A DNA stretch of 64,000 nucleotides from Isurus oxyrinchus. Lineage: Eukaryota. The notes beneath the pieces were generated by a model. It was given only the letters and a program-made list of their open reading frames with translations. It searched no databases and had not been told where the DNA came from. Location of the stretch: NCBI GenBank assembly GCA_026770705.1, contig JANJGN010000017.1:34596001-34660000 (forward strand), in the 5' to 3' direction. How positions within the stretch are numbered: the stretch's first letter is position 1; the number at the start of each line of letters is the position of its first letter. Positions 1 to 11,299 of the stretch are shown piece after piece. The position numbers and the translations under genes are program-made.

Positions 1-290
1 TTTACCACTCTTCTCTGTTTCCTTTCACTAAGCTAAATTGGCATCTGTGCTGCCATTGTCGCTGTTATTCTTTAGGCTTCAACTTTGCTTTCAAGCCATT
101 TATGTGACATTTTATCAATTGTCTTTTGGAAGTCTAGCTACACTATACCAACCACATTACCCTCAACAATCCTCTCTGTCACCTCATCAAAAAACTCAAT
201 CAGGTTAGTCAAACATAATTTTCCTTTAACAAATTCGTGCTGAATTTTCTTAATTAATCCACACATGTCCAATTTTGTCCCAATTTATCA
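1..290 (-). mobile_element. CR1 LINE reverse-transcriptase fragment (degenerate)
   Basis: Minus strand reads ~HEFVKGKLCLTNLIEFFDEVT...LDFQKTIDKMSH, the CR1 'SCLTNLIEFF..V..LDFQKAFDKVPH' RT motif, with stops. Confidence 0.85.
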
Positions 291-459
291 TTTCAAGTCA
301 GAAATTTTACTTCTAATTTCATTCATGGGTTCTCAAAGTGCTTTATGCCATTGTTAGCATGGAACAATGGAAATACCTTTAACTTCTAACATGAAAAGGA
401 CATGATATAAGCTGGATTAGAGGCTTTAAAAATCAGGCCCACAGTAGATAACTTTTCCT

Positions 460-1020
460 ATTCTAATAACCACTCACCAGGGCCCTCTAACCAAGAAAAT
501 ACCACTTCACCTTGTCTGACTATATGTCTCTCCCAATTCTTTGCAGGGGTTATTAGGGAAATACATCAATTATTGACAGAAGATCTGCAGCCCACCTCTG
601 CCAAGAAAACAACATTGTATATACCAGTCAATATCAGTACTGCCTTAAATTTTGTTGCATCTGGATCCTTCCAGGCAGCAGCAAGTCACTTTACCACATG
701 GGTCAGGTAGCTATTTACCACTGCATCAAGAAAGTCACGTTTAGTCTATTCAGAAGGGACGCATAATTCCTACCCTTCCCAATTAATGTAGAAAAACAAA
801 AAGCAAGATCTTTGCAGTCCTACAGATGAACAGGATTCTCAAAAGTTCAAGGAACAATTGATGGAATGCATATGCCACTAAAATTCCCCATGTGACACCC
901 TCTCAATTTCATTAATGGGAAACGATTTCATTCTATTAATTCCCAGCTACAGTGCAATACCAGAAAACTTAGCCCACACCTCAATACCACATACTCATAA
1001 AGCTGCCATAATGCACATAA
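460..1020 (+). pseudogene. PIF/Harbinger (HARBI1-like) DDE transposase relic
   Basis: Plus-strand motifs ALNFVASGSFQAA, GFSKVQGTIDGMH (first catalytic D) and FINGKRFHSINSQLQC; frameshifts and stops. Confidence 0.85.
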
Positions 1021-1049
1021 GTGCAAAAAATAAGGTTAAAAAAAATTAA

Positions 1050-2712
1050 CTTCAGCCAGAATTGCTGAGTGGATGATCCATCTTGGCCTTCTCCAGAGGT
1101 CCCCATCACCACAGATGCCAACTTGATTCACTCTACATGATATGAAGGAACAGCTGAGAGAACTAGATACAGCAAAGGCTAGAGACCCGAACAACATCCC
1201 AGCTGTAGTGCTGAACACCTGTGCTCCAAAACTAGCCGCACTCCTAGCCAAGTTGTTATAGTACAGCTACAACACTGACATCTACTGGACCATATGGAAA
1301 CTTGCCCAGGTGTGAACTATGCACAAAATCAGGACAAATCTAACCTTAGTCATTACCACCTTATTAGCTTCCTCTCAATTGATAGAAGGCGTCAACAGTC
1401 CTATCAAGGGGCACTTACTTACCAATAATCTGCTCACCAATACTCAATTTGGACACAGCCAGGGCCACTTGGCTCCACTTTTCATTATAGCCTTGGTCCA
1501 AAAACAGACATTGGAGCTGAATTCCAGAGCTGAGATGAAAGTGAGTACTCCTGATATCAAGGTAGAATTTGACTGAACCCCATTAAAACTGATCTCATTG
1601 GGAATCAGAGGGAATCAGAGGGAAATGCCTCTACTGGCTGGAGTAATACATGGCACAAGGAAAGATGGATGTGGTTTTTGGAGGCCAATTATGTCAGCCC
1701 AAGGCATCTCTGCTGGTGTTCCTTAGGGTGGCCTACTAGGCTCAATTATCTTCAGTTATTTCATCAATGATCTTTCCTTAATCGTACGGCTAGAAGTGAA
1801 AATGTTCACTGTTCATTGGAAACCCTCAGCTCCATTCACAATTGCTCAGATAATAACAAAAGCAAAAATACTAAAGATGCTGGAAATCTGAAATAAAACA
1901 AAAAAATGCTGGAAATACTCAGCAAGTCTAGTAACATCTGTGGAGAGAGATTCAAAGATAAAAGTTTTTGTGGAGCAAGGCCAAAGGGGGTGGAAATAGG
2001 AAAAGGAAAGAAACAAAGGGTGTGCAACTTCTCTATTTTTTTTCTTTTGCTTTTTGATTGCAGCTCTCAGGATCCTGCCATTCACACCTCCTCTAGGCAT
2101 ATATTCTGTTTATTTACTTGTCCCATTACCATTTGCTTTGGCCATGCACCATGAAACCTTTTATCATTTCATCTCCCCTGCCTACCACCTTGTCACAGAC
2201 CTTCCTTTTCATCCTTTGTCTCACTCTCCCCGCTCATCCCCACCCCTTTCACCTGCTCAGGTTATATTTTTAACTTTTCCCAGTTCTGTTGAAAGGTCAC
2301 AGACTTAAAACATTAACTCTCTTTCTCTCTGCACTGATGTTGCCAGGCCTGCTGAGTATTTCCAGCATTTCCTTTTTTGGACAGATAATGAAGCAGTGCA
2401 TGTCCACATGCAGCAAAACCTGGACAACATAGTGCACTATAGCAACTTGCCAAAGCTTCTTATACAGCAGTTTCCAAATCCGTGACCTCTACCACCTAGA
2501 ATGACAAGGTCAGCAGTAGCATGGGAACACCACCACCTGCAAGTTCTCCCTCCAAATCACACACACAATAGCGCTATAGGAGTGCTTTTGCCACAAGGGC
2601 TTCAGCAATTCAAGAGAGTGACTCGCCATCATTTTCTCAAGGGTGTTTTGGGATGGTAATAAATGCTGGCCTTTCAAGCAATGCCCACATCCCATGAACA
2701 AGTAAAAAAAAC
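1050..2712 (+). mobile_element. LINE-A (Jockey-group, CR1/L2/Crack-like) RT-to-3' end copy, internally deleted and split by a Penelope-derived insert
   Basis: LDTAKARDPNNIPAVVLNTCAPKLA; ORF 1319-1576 (NNLLTNTQFG...DIKVEFD). Resumes at ~2381 (CAGATAATGAAGCAGT) and ends in the family 3' tail plus A-run. Confidence 0.85.
1857..2380 (+). mobile_element. Penelope-like element 3' fragment with an inverted terminal-repeat piece at its 5' end
   Basis: 1905-1950 (AATGCTGGAAATACTCAGCAAGTCT...) is the inverse of 2320-2372. The body resembles the 3' region of the GIY-YIG element at 26600-27050. Confidence 0.75.
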
Positions 2713-2949
2713 CTGATAGTGCTTAAAAGATCATTGGCATGACTCACAGCACATGACAAGATATCACCCACCATATGTGCACCTACCTGGCATGTTGCAC
2801 CTACCTGGCAATGGCTATGGGTAAATGTCTTCACAGAGTCCAGGGTCAGCAGTGAGTCAGATGCAGAGTTGTGCCATCTGCTATAAGGGCACCTGCTGGC
2901 ATGCAGCACAGGGCTGGCAAAGCAAGTGACAGAATCGGTCTGCTGGAGC

Positions 2950-3520
2950 CCCCAGGCTGCACAGAAGCATTCCTTTCCTTCATTTTTATGTGGTGCTTCA
3001 TAGTCTCCTGTTCTTCAGCCTTGGCAAAGCTGCTAATGATTTCAGATGCTTTACTGAGCCTTTCTGAAAGGTTTCAGAATTTTTGATTTCCCATCATGAC
3101 ACTCCTTTTTCTCAATCCTTTTAAACTTCATGCACAGGTATTTTTTACTCTCATAATTGTTTTTGCTCCTTTATTTGTTCACAGGATGTGGGCGTCGCTG
3201 GCTAGGCCAGCATTTATTGCCCATTCCTAGTTGCCCTTGAGAAGGGGTGGTAAACTGCCTTCTTGAACCGCTGCTGTCCATGTGATGTGGGTATCCTTAT
3301 GGTACTGTTAGAGAGAGATTGTATGCTCTTTTTACTTTCCTTTGGCCTGCACATAGCCTTATGAATAACCATGAAGATGAACCAGCTCAAAAAGTGTGAT
3401 TGCTATTAGCAAATTATCATTCAGATGGGACTAGCACCCTGTCTTAATCTTTTCAACATGACTTTACCAGTAGAAGAAATTGGCCCTGGAGTGTGGCTAT
3501 TCAATGTGTGACTTTGAAAG
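2950..3520 (-). pseudogene. Possible hAT transposase C-terminal relic, interrupted by a LINE-A 3' fragment
   Basis: Minus strand near 3420-3465 reads VEKIKTGC*SHLNDNLL, resembling the hAT dimerisation 'KIKTxxRSxL' motif; highly decayed. Confidence 0.3.
3168..3325 (-). mobile_element. LINE-A extreme 3' fragment
   Basis: TTTATTTGTTCACAGGATGTGGGCGTCGCTGGCTAGGCCAGCATTTATTGCCC is the reverse complement of the LINE-A tail. Confidence 0.85.
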
Positions 3521-4124
3521 TTTGAAGTGATGTGTTGCATCTTTAGTTAAAAGAAAATCAAAGGCGCAAAGAAAAGCAGAGGAAAATCGGATAAACTGGG
3601 CAATCACAAAATCGAAAACTTCTCAATTACACATTCCTTCAAAAACTCATCCAGTTCTGCCGTATGCCTTTCTATAGTATTTGGTTACATCACCTTCCCA
3701 AGGCAGCCTGTTCCACACATTCAGCATATTTTGTGTATAAAACTTAAATCTAAAGAAACAAGAGGTATGGCTAGAGGACGGTGTGTATAGCAGAATCTTG
3801 AATAGTCACTACGTGTAAGTGAAGAAAAGGAAATAGGGGAAGTGCAGATCTTTTCTTCATTTACTTGTTTGACTACCACTCCATCCACAATTGGCTCTTT
3901 CTCTTTAACTTATTATTGGGTTTCAATGTGTATGCTCCTTTAAGATCCTTGAATGCTGGAATAATATCTCCCTGAGCCTCTTTTTTTCCAGGGTAAATCC
4001 CAGACTCTTCAACTTTATCCGGAAGAGTTTTTTTTCCAGCAAATGGATTGTGGACTCTTATTTGATCCTGTACTTTCCATATTCTAATACCTAGATTTAC
4101 TATTATTTTCAATTAAAACATAAC

Positions 4125-4307
4125 AGGGGTCATTTTAACTGAGCAATGTTGTAAAATGGATGATGTGGGATTAGCATCCCATTTTACACCATGCCCAAAT
4201 TTCTTTTCCACTGATGTCAATTGAAGGAAAGGTCAGGCAGGGACATAAGGAGCAATCAATTCAATATCACTCGTTTTACATAATTGGATGGATATAAAAT
4301 TGCTCGC
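4125..4307. mobile_element. Short palindromic MITE (~180 bp family)
   Basis: GGGGTCATTTTA...TAAAATTGCTC ends with internal dyad symmetry; similar to 52255-52420 and 62638-62806. Confidence 0.55.
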
Positions 4308-4639
4308 AGCATGTCACCTTATACTTATTATTGCTTAATAAAAAACTAATACCGCTTAGGAATGGTTATTGCAAAAAATGCAATAAAACGTAAAACAAGC
4401 TTCTAGAAAAAAAGTACTTAACCTAGGTATCAGTTTGATTGCCTTTTCTTGCACTGCCTCCAATGGCTGGTTGTTATTGTGGCAGAATAGTGACCAGAAC
4501 TGTAGACAATATTCCAGCTGTGGCCATACCAGTGTCTTGTATAATTACCACAATCTGGGATTTGTACCGTCTGCCTCTGATAGTATGTTTCGCGATCCAG
4601 TTAACTTTTGCTGCTGCTGCACATCGCACTGTTAATTTC

Positions 4640-5085
4640 AGTGAACTATTCACAAAAACTTGCATTCCTCTCCTGTGTTGTGTCCTTTAGCCTGATCCAT
4701 TTAGTTTATATTACCACTTTTTTTCCCCTTCCCTAGTCTCATTAACTTGTATTTGTTGAAATTAAATGCCATCTGCCACTCATCAGCCTACCTTCCCAAC
4801 CTATCCAGATCTCCATGTATTTCATTTGCCAGTTCTCCGTCATTTAAACTCTCTTCTGCAATTTGGCATCTTTCACAAACATAAACAGCTTTGTTTCTGC
4901 CCTTAGCTCAAAGCTGTAAATAGGACTGGGCCCAGCACTGATCACTGTTGCACCTCCCCAGTGACCCCTTTCTATGTCAATTTTGCTCCATTTACAACCA
5001 TCTTTTGCCTTCTCCCGTGTAACCAATTTGGAGGCCACTTTAGAAACTTGCTTCTTATCCCATTTATGCCATTAATTTTCCACAC
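4640..5085 (-). mobile_element. Old CR1 RT fragment
   Basis: TTGAAATTAAATGCCATCTGCCA (WQMxFN), CTGCAATTTGGCATCTTTCACAAAC (FxDD region) and CCCAGCACTGATC (QGSVLG) on the minus strand. Confidence 0.6.
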
Positions 5086-5504
5086 TTAAATTCGCACCAT
5101 TATCTAGTGCGCCTGATCTGTCTGGAAAAATGGTGGGCACCTTATCGGCTTGGGTGCCTTTTAGTTGCCAAGGACAACTGCCTAAAATAGGCTTTAGGCT
5201 ATTTAAATATGAAAATCAAAATCATATGCTGGCTCCCCATGACAACTGGCTGATTCCCACAATCCTCAATTGGTGAGCTGCAGTGGGACATTATTTGGCA
5301 TCTGCAGCTTGCTGGTAGTCTTTAACTGAGGCACAGACCACAGTACAAGGAACAGTTGTTTCTCTAACTCTGTGTCTGTTTTAGGCTCAAGTTGAATTTC
5401 TCCACTGTCAGTTTAGTAATGAACTCCAGGAAATAGGTTGAGCAAGACTTCCCTCTCATTTTCCACATTAACTCTCTCGAACCACAACTATTTAGATGGG
5501 TCAT

Positions 5505-6040
5505 TATTGAATTGCATCAAGCCATCAGAGCACTGATATTTGGCCCAATTAATCACCACCTGCTCCACACAAGCCTTCTCCTATTCCCTTTATCTAGCCC
5601 CATCAACATCCCCTTTTATTATTTTCTCCATCATGTGCTTGTCTAGCTTCCACTTAAATGCATTTATGCGATTTGTCTTGACTACTCCACTCTGGAAAAA
5701 TAAGTTTCTCCTGAATTCTCAATTGGATTTATTAATGACTATCTTATATTTATAGCCCCTAGTTTTTGATTCCTCCACATGTGGAAAACAACTTCTCTGC
5801 TCTATCAAACCTTTCCTCCTTCTAAAGACTTCACAGCCTTCTCTTTTCTAGAGAAAAGAGGCCCAGCCTGTTCAGTCTTTCCAGATCATATAACCTCTCA
5901 TTTCTGGTATCATCCTTGTAAATCTTTTTTGTACTTAAATTCATTTATATATATCCTTCAAATAAAATGAAGACTAGAACTGTGCAGAGTAGTCCAAAAC
6001 TGTGCACCTCTTTTGTGATGCATTCTTCTATGTTACTTGC
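5505..6040 (-). mobile_element. CR1 LINE 3' end (degenerate)
   Basis: Similar to the CR1 3' ends at 30700-31250 and 59545-60150 (AAGTTTCTCCTGAATTCTC, CTTCTCTTTTCTAGAGAAAAGAG, AGAACTGTGCAGAGTAGTCCAA). Confidence 0.7.
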
Positions 6041-6065
6041 AACAGAGGATAGGCTCACTGGCCTG

Positions 6066-7360
6066 TGTAGTATTCAATGGTTTTATTAATCTATGTTTGA
6101 TTATGCTAGTCATCTTTGATCTACATTGACTGTACTTGATTGCTTAAGCTTGTGGGTGGAACTGAAGAGTTAAATAACTGACACAACACAGAAAGTTCCA
6201 GAAAGATCTGGGATCTGGGCTGAGACCATGTGAATATAGAAAACCCTGTAAGTTCTGAGATATCTGTAAATACTGTAAATATGCTTTTGTATATTTAAAA
6301 CAGATGTCATCCCTACATTGAGTTAAAGCTGAGATCTAAGATATACAGCAAACTGGTGAATACACAACAGAAGTGAAGATAAGGAAAGTTAAAAAAAAGT
6401 TTAACTTTACCAGCTCCAGACCCATTTCTTCAATCATCGGGAAATCCTCCCATTTCCTGGGAGCGATGCATTTTGGGTGTCAAGACCTACTTGCTTGCTA
6501 CAGGAATGGACAGTCAGGATGTAGCAATGATCCATAAGAAAGCAATACTTAAACATTGTCTTGGAGCAGAAGGCCAGCGAATATTCAAGCAGCTCACGTT
6601 TGGTACGGCAGTAGGTGCTCTATAAAAATACTTCGGACCAAAGAATAGTGTGATGGTTGAAAGGTATACATTCCATCAGAGATCCCAAAGAAATTGTGAG
6701 CCCATCAAACAATATGTGGCAGCGTTACAGCAATTGGCTTCTACATGTAAATTTGGTACACTAGCCAATGAACTAATTTGTGACCAAATAACTGAAAAGA
6801 CTTTAACTCCTTGAATCAGGGAATCTCTCCGCATGGGGGACAATGATTTAATCTTGGAAAAAGCCACAATGTTGGCAGTCTAACTTGAATCTGCCATATT
6901 AGATTCTAAGACATTACACAGCAATGCATCTTTAGAATCAGAGTTGCAGACACAAGCTTGTCCAACCAGCTCAAGAGAGAGGGTTACGTACATGGAGACC
7001 TCAACAATCTCATCAACACGTGCCTCATCATAGTTGGTTTAAAGGGGGAAAATATGTAGTTTTCAATGCTTTGATTGATCTATGTTTAATTACGTTAGTT
7101 GTTTCTCTGATCTATTTTAACTGTACCTGATTGCTTAAGCCTGTGGGTGGGAGCTAGATAGTTAAGTAATTGACACCATACAGAAAGTTCCAGAAAGATC
7201 TGGGCTGAGACCATGTGTGTGTAGAAAGTCCTGTAAGTTCTGAGATATTTGGAAGTGCAGTAAATAAAACTGTTTTAGATTTAGAACTGGTGTCATCTCT
7301 GCATTGTTCTGAGGTAAATCAGACATCTATGATATACAGCAAACTGGTGAATACACAACA
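6066..7360 (+). mobile_element. Internally deleted Gypsy-type LTR element: LTR (6066-6369) - gag relic - PPT - LTR (7055-7360)
   Basis: Two ~305-bp direct repeats TGTAG...TACACAACA; PPT AAAGGGGGAAAA at 7041-7052. Internal gag reads KAILKHCLGAEGQRIF...VERYTFHQRSQ...YVAALQQLASTCKFG. No pol. Confidence 0.9.
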
Positions 7361-7469
7361 GTCCATAGTTCTTTGGGTCATTTGTGGAGAACATTAACTA
7401 TCTGAGGTTTCTCCAACCATTTAATGAGGTATAGCTGCAGATAAGTCTAACCTCCTCCCCTTCACATTT

Positions 7470-8140
7470 AATATCAGTATCATCATTGAGCCCCCTGCCA
7501 TCAACATCCAGGTGGATTATCATTGACCAGGACTTAACTAAACCAGGTACATGAATACTGTGGCTACAAAAGGTCAGAAATTGGGTATCCTGCACTGAGT
7601 CACACACTTCCTGACTCTCCTAAGACTTCATTCCACCAACAAAGCACAAGTCAGTAGTGTGCTAGAATTCTCCACACTTTCCTGGATGAGTGCAGCTCCA
7701 ACAATACTCAAGAAGCTTGACACCATCCAGGATAAAGCAGCCCACTTGAGTGGCACCCCATCCACTACCATTAACATTCACTCCCTTCACCACTGGTGCA
7801 CCTTGATTGCATTTTGTAACATATACAAGATGTATCAAGGCAACGCACCAAGGATTCTTCAGCAGCACCTTCCAAACCCATGACTCCTTCTATGAGGGCA
7901 GTAGATGCACAGGAATGCCATTACCTCTATGCTTCCTTCCAAGTCACACATCATTCTGTTTGGAAATATTCCTTTACCTGTTCCTTCATCGTCACTAGGT
8001 CAGAATCTTGGAACTCCCTAAAGGTACTGTGGGAGTAGATTCATCACACGGACTGCAACTCAATATCACCTTCTCAAGGACAATTAAGGATGGCAATAAA
8101 GGCTTGCCTTGCCAGCGATGCCCACAGCCATGAATGAGGA
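7470..8140 (+). mobile_element. LINE-A 5'-truncated copy
   Basis: ORF 7659-7883 (WMSAAPTILKKLDTIQDKAAHL) plus the family 3' tail. Confidence 0.9.
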
Positions 8141-8199
8141 AGAAGTGAAGTGCCAACCATGAGAGCTATCTGTTTGTTACTATGCTTTGAGCTACATAT

Positions 8200-8396
8200 T
8201 CTGCTGGAAATTTATTCTGCTCAACTGTTCCCACCTTCGAAAATTTCCTCAAAACCAATCTCAATAACCTTATCTTCCCTCACCTCTCCTAACTCTTATT
8301 CCAACTCTTGCTAGCTATCCTATTCCCACCCTTTTATGTATGATCCTGGCGCAATCTGCTACAATACAGGTGCTATATAAGTGTATATTGTTATTA
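8200..8396 (+). mobile_element. Old L2-type 3' tail
   Basis: CCTTCGAAAATTTCCTCAAAACCAATCTC ... GGTGCTATATAAGTGTATATTGTTATT, typical of an L2 terminus. Confidence 0.5.
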
Positions 8397-8511
8397 TGCT
8401 GTGTTTGCCACAATTTATTCATTCTATTTGGGTAAAATGCACTGAAAGTAAACCAAAGTCAACTGACACTTGTAACTTTTATTGATTGTTATAAATGGCC
8501 ACACACAAACA

Positions 8512-8517
<6 letters not shown>

Positions 8518-8551
<34 letters not shown>

Positions 8552-8562
8552 ATATATATATA
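8518..8562. repeat. (AT)n microsatellite
   Basis: Direct TA dinucleotide run with a short interruption. Confidence 0.95.
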
Positions 8563-8821
8563 GCATCATCCATATGTCACAGATTATGTTCATTCATGCT
8601 TAATCTCATTTCTCACCATAGCACATTTCTTCGAGCCCAATGCCTTCTTCCAAGGAATCCTTACATTCATTTTCTATTCTGATGGATTTATAAGATCCGC
8701 TTCACCCTTCAGAACATTGGTAACAGGCAGAAAAGGGTCTTAGGATATTCATTGATCAGTTGCTATATTTTTACAGTTAACACAAGAGAGTTATGGTAAA
8801 AACAAGCAGGTTTTTTCAAAG

Positions 8822-9412
8822 TAATAAATACAGAAAATGCTGGAAACGCGGATCTGCTCAGGCAGCCTCAATGAAGAGAAAAACAGAGTTAATGGCCTAG
8901 CTATTAACCTTCAACTATGATGGGTGGGAGAGGGTTGGTGGCAGGGGGAAAGTTTAAAAAATGAAATATGGGCAAAACAACCCTAACTCACCACGCACAG
9001 GCACCAACCAGCCCCAACTGTCAGCTTCTCCCCCTGTCCCATATGCTATCCTTCTCTCAGTCCCGTTTGTTGACCCTGCGGCCCTCTAGCTGCTCCTAAT
9101 TATGGGCCTCCTCCCATTCCTGGTTACGATCGCCAAGGGTCGTGGCTGTGACCTCCTGCTGCCAGTATTCCTTCCTGCCCACCAGCCAGGCTGTCCGTCC
9201 AGTCGACTGGCGGGTGGGAGAAGGATCTATAAAGTATTACTTGCCAGGTTTATCAACTTGTTTGGCCTCACCCCGCACCTTCCTATCTCCCTGTCATTGA
9301 CCTGAAATGTTAACTTGGTTTCTCTATCTACTAATGCTACCTGATCTGCCGAACGTTTACTGAATTTCTGTTTTAATTTCAGATTCACAGCTTCCTCATT
9401 ATTTGTTTTTTT
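8822..9412. mobile_element. Penelope terminal-repeat pair in inverted orientation around a ~370-bp unrelated spacer
   Basis: AAATACAGAAAATGCTGGAAAC...AAACAGAGTTAAT (8826-8893) versus GACCTGAAATGTTAACT...TTCTGTTTTAATTTCAGA (9299-9383). Confidence 0.6.
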
Positions 9413-10893
9413 TCAGGGTTCTCCAAAACTTTGCTGGAGATAATCAAGCATAAAACTTAGAGCTTATACTTTGGTTATATAAAGATCATTGCACTTCAAT
9501 TATAGTCGTCACCAGTTTTGGTCACCAGTTACAGCAATGGATTCTGAAGTTCTAGAAAAAGATACAGAAAATGTTAAAAATTATATTTCACCTTGTTTCT
9601 TTTAGTTACAAAGCAGGTTATACCTCTTCCTTACAATGCTAGGCTTAAGCAGTTTATTTATTGAAGTTGTGTATGTTAGATAATTTCATTTGGTCATAGA
9701 TCATTGGTAACCATGGTCTCCTGGAGTTACCTTGATTGCCTCATGTAGTTTTCTTGATTGCCTCACTACAAACATGCTAAACAGAAGAAACATTAGGCTA
9801 AGGACAGGGCTAAGTGACCCCACAACCAACGGATCAAATCAAAATTCTGCAGTTGTGCCACAGACAGTTTTGAATAAGGTGGACGATTTTTTTTTATATT
9901 CACTGCCAAGATGAGTATTTATTGCTCTTCACTAATAGCACTTGAGAAGGTGGTGGTGACCCTCCCTCTTGAACTGCTGCAGTCCATGTGGTATAGGTAC
10001 ACCTATATTGCTGTAGGGAGGGTGTTCAAGTATTATGACCCAGTCACAGTAAAGGAACAGCGATATTGTTCCAAGTCAGGGTGGTGTGTAACTTGGAGGG
10101 GCAACTTGCAGCTGGTGGTGTTTCCATATGACTATTGCTCTTGTTCTTCTAGGTGGTAGAGGTCAAGGTGTTTTGAAGGTGCTGTAGAAGGGGCCTTGAT
10201 GAGTTGCTGCTGTGTACCTTGTAGATGGTACACACTGCTGCTACTGTGCACCGGTGGTGGAGAGAGTGAATGTGTAAGATGATTAATGGATTACTCATCA
10301 AGTGGACTTCTTTGTCCAAGCTTCCTGAGTGTTGTTGAACTGCACTCATCCAGGTTAAGTGGAGGCTATTCCATCATGCTCCTGTCTTGTGCCTTGTAGA
10401 TGGCGGACAGGCTTTGGGGAGTCAAGAAGTGAGCTGCTCATCGCAGAATTTACTGCCTCTGACCTGCTTTTGTAGCCACAGTATCTATATGTCTGGTCCA
10501 GTTCAGTTTCTAGTCAATAGTAACCCCCAGGTTGGTGATGGTGGAGGATTCAGCAATGGAAATGTCCTTGATTGTGAAGAAGAGTTGGTTAGATTCTTGT
10601 TGTTTTCCTTCTGCCAGGTTGCTTTGCTCACAAACAAAGCTGCACACCTATCTACTTGTGGGTGAGTTGGCAAACAATATACAGCAAATGCAGAGACCAA
10701 TATAAGATGAAGCACATGCTGTTTATTTACACCAGTAACAGAACAGTAACACAATGCGTGCTCCTCCAACCAGACCCTATTCTAAACTACTGATTAACAT
10801 TACAGCCTGTGCTACACAGCAATTGGGTAATGCAATCACGTGGTCAATCTGCTCAACTTCTCTTAAAGGTGTGTTGCACCTCAGGTTACCACA

Positions 10894-10905
10894 TCCCTTC
10901 CCCTT
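10894..10905 (-). other. Polypurine tract of the Gypsy element
   Basis: Minus strand AAGGGGAAGGGA immediately before the 3' LTR. Confidence 0.85.
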
Positions 10906-11299
10906 TACTCATAAGTACAATTTACAATCTTTACAATATATCAACTATTTATAAATTCAGTTTCTCTGAATGCTTCCTCAAATGTGTCGAAGGTCATAGT
11001 TCTACGACTTCAGATGGTTTTTCCAAGGCCTCCCTCTCAGGGGTCATCTGTCTACTAGGCTCTCCAGTAGGAACCTGTAAGTTTGTTTCTTTGACTCTCT
11101 CAGGCTCAATGGATCCTACAGGTACATCCAAACCAAGGGGAGTTCCATCTACATGTAGTGTAGGCTCCAATGGGAATGCTTGGCACATCCTTTCTTATAG
11201 ATCTGCTTCCCTTTTCCTGAGGTGATCTAATTGTGATCTAATGTGTCTCCTAATTGTCCAACCTTTGACCAATATGTGATAACACAGGGGTCCTGTCAC

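Noticed and set aside
2778-2811. Direct duplication TGCACCTACCTGGCA x2
   Set aside because: Two-copy local duplication with no further structure.
8617-8706. 90-nt minus-strand candidate exon (AG...GTGAG)
   Set aside because: Stops in all three frames; the short MNVRIPWKK... peptide is unrecognised. A UTR or first exon cannot be excluded without RNA data.
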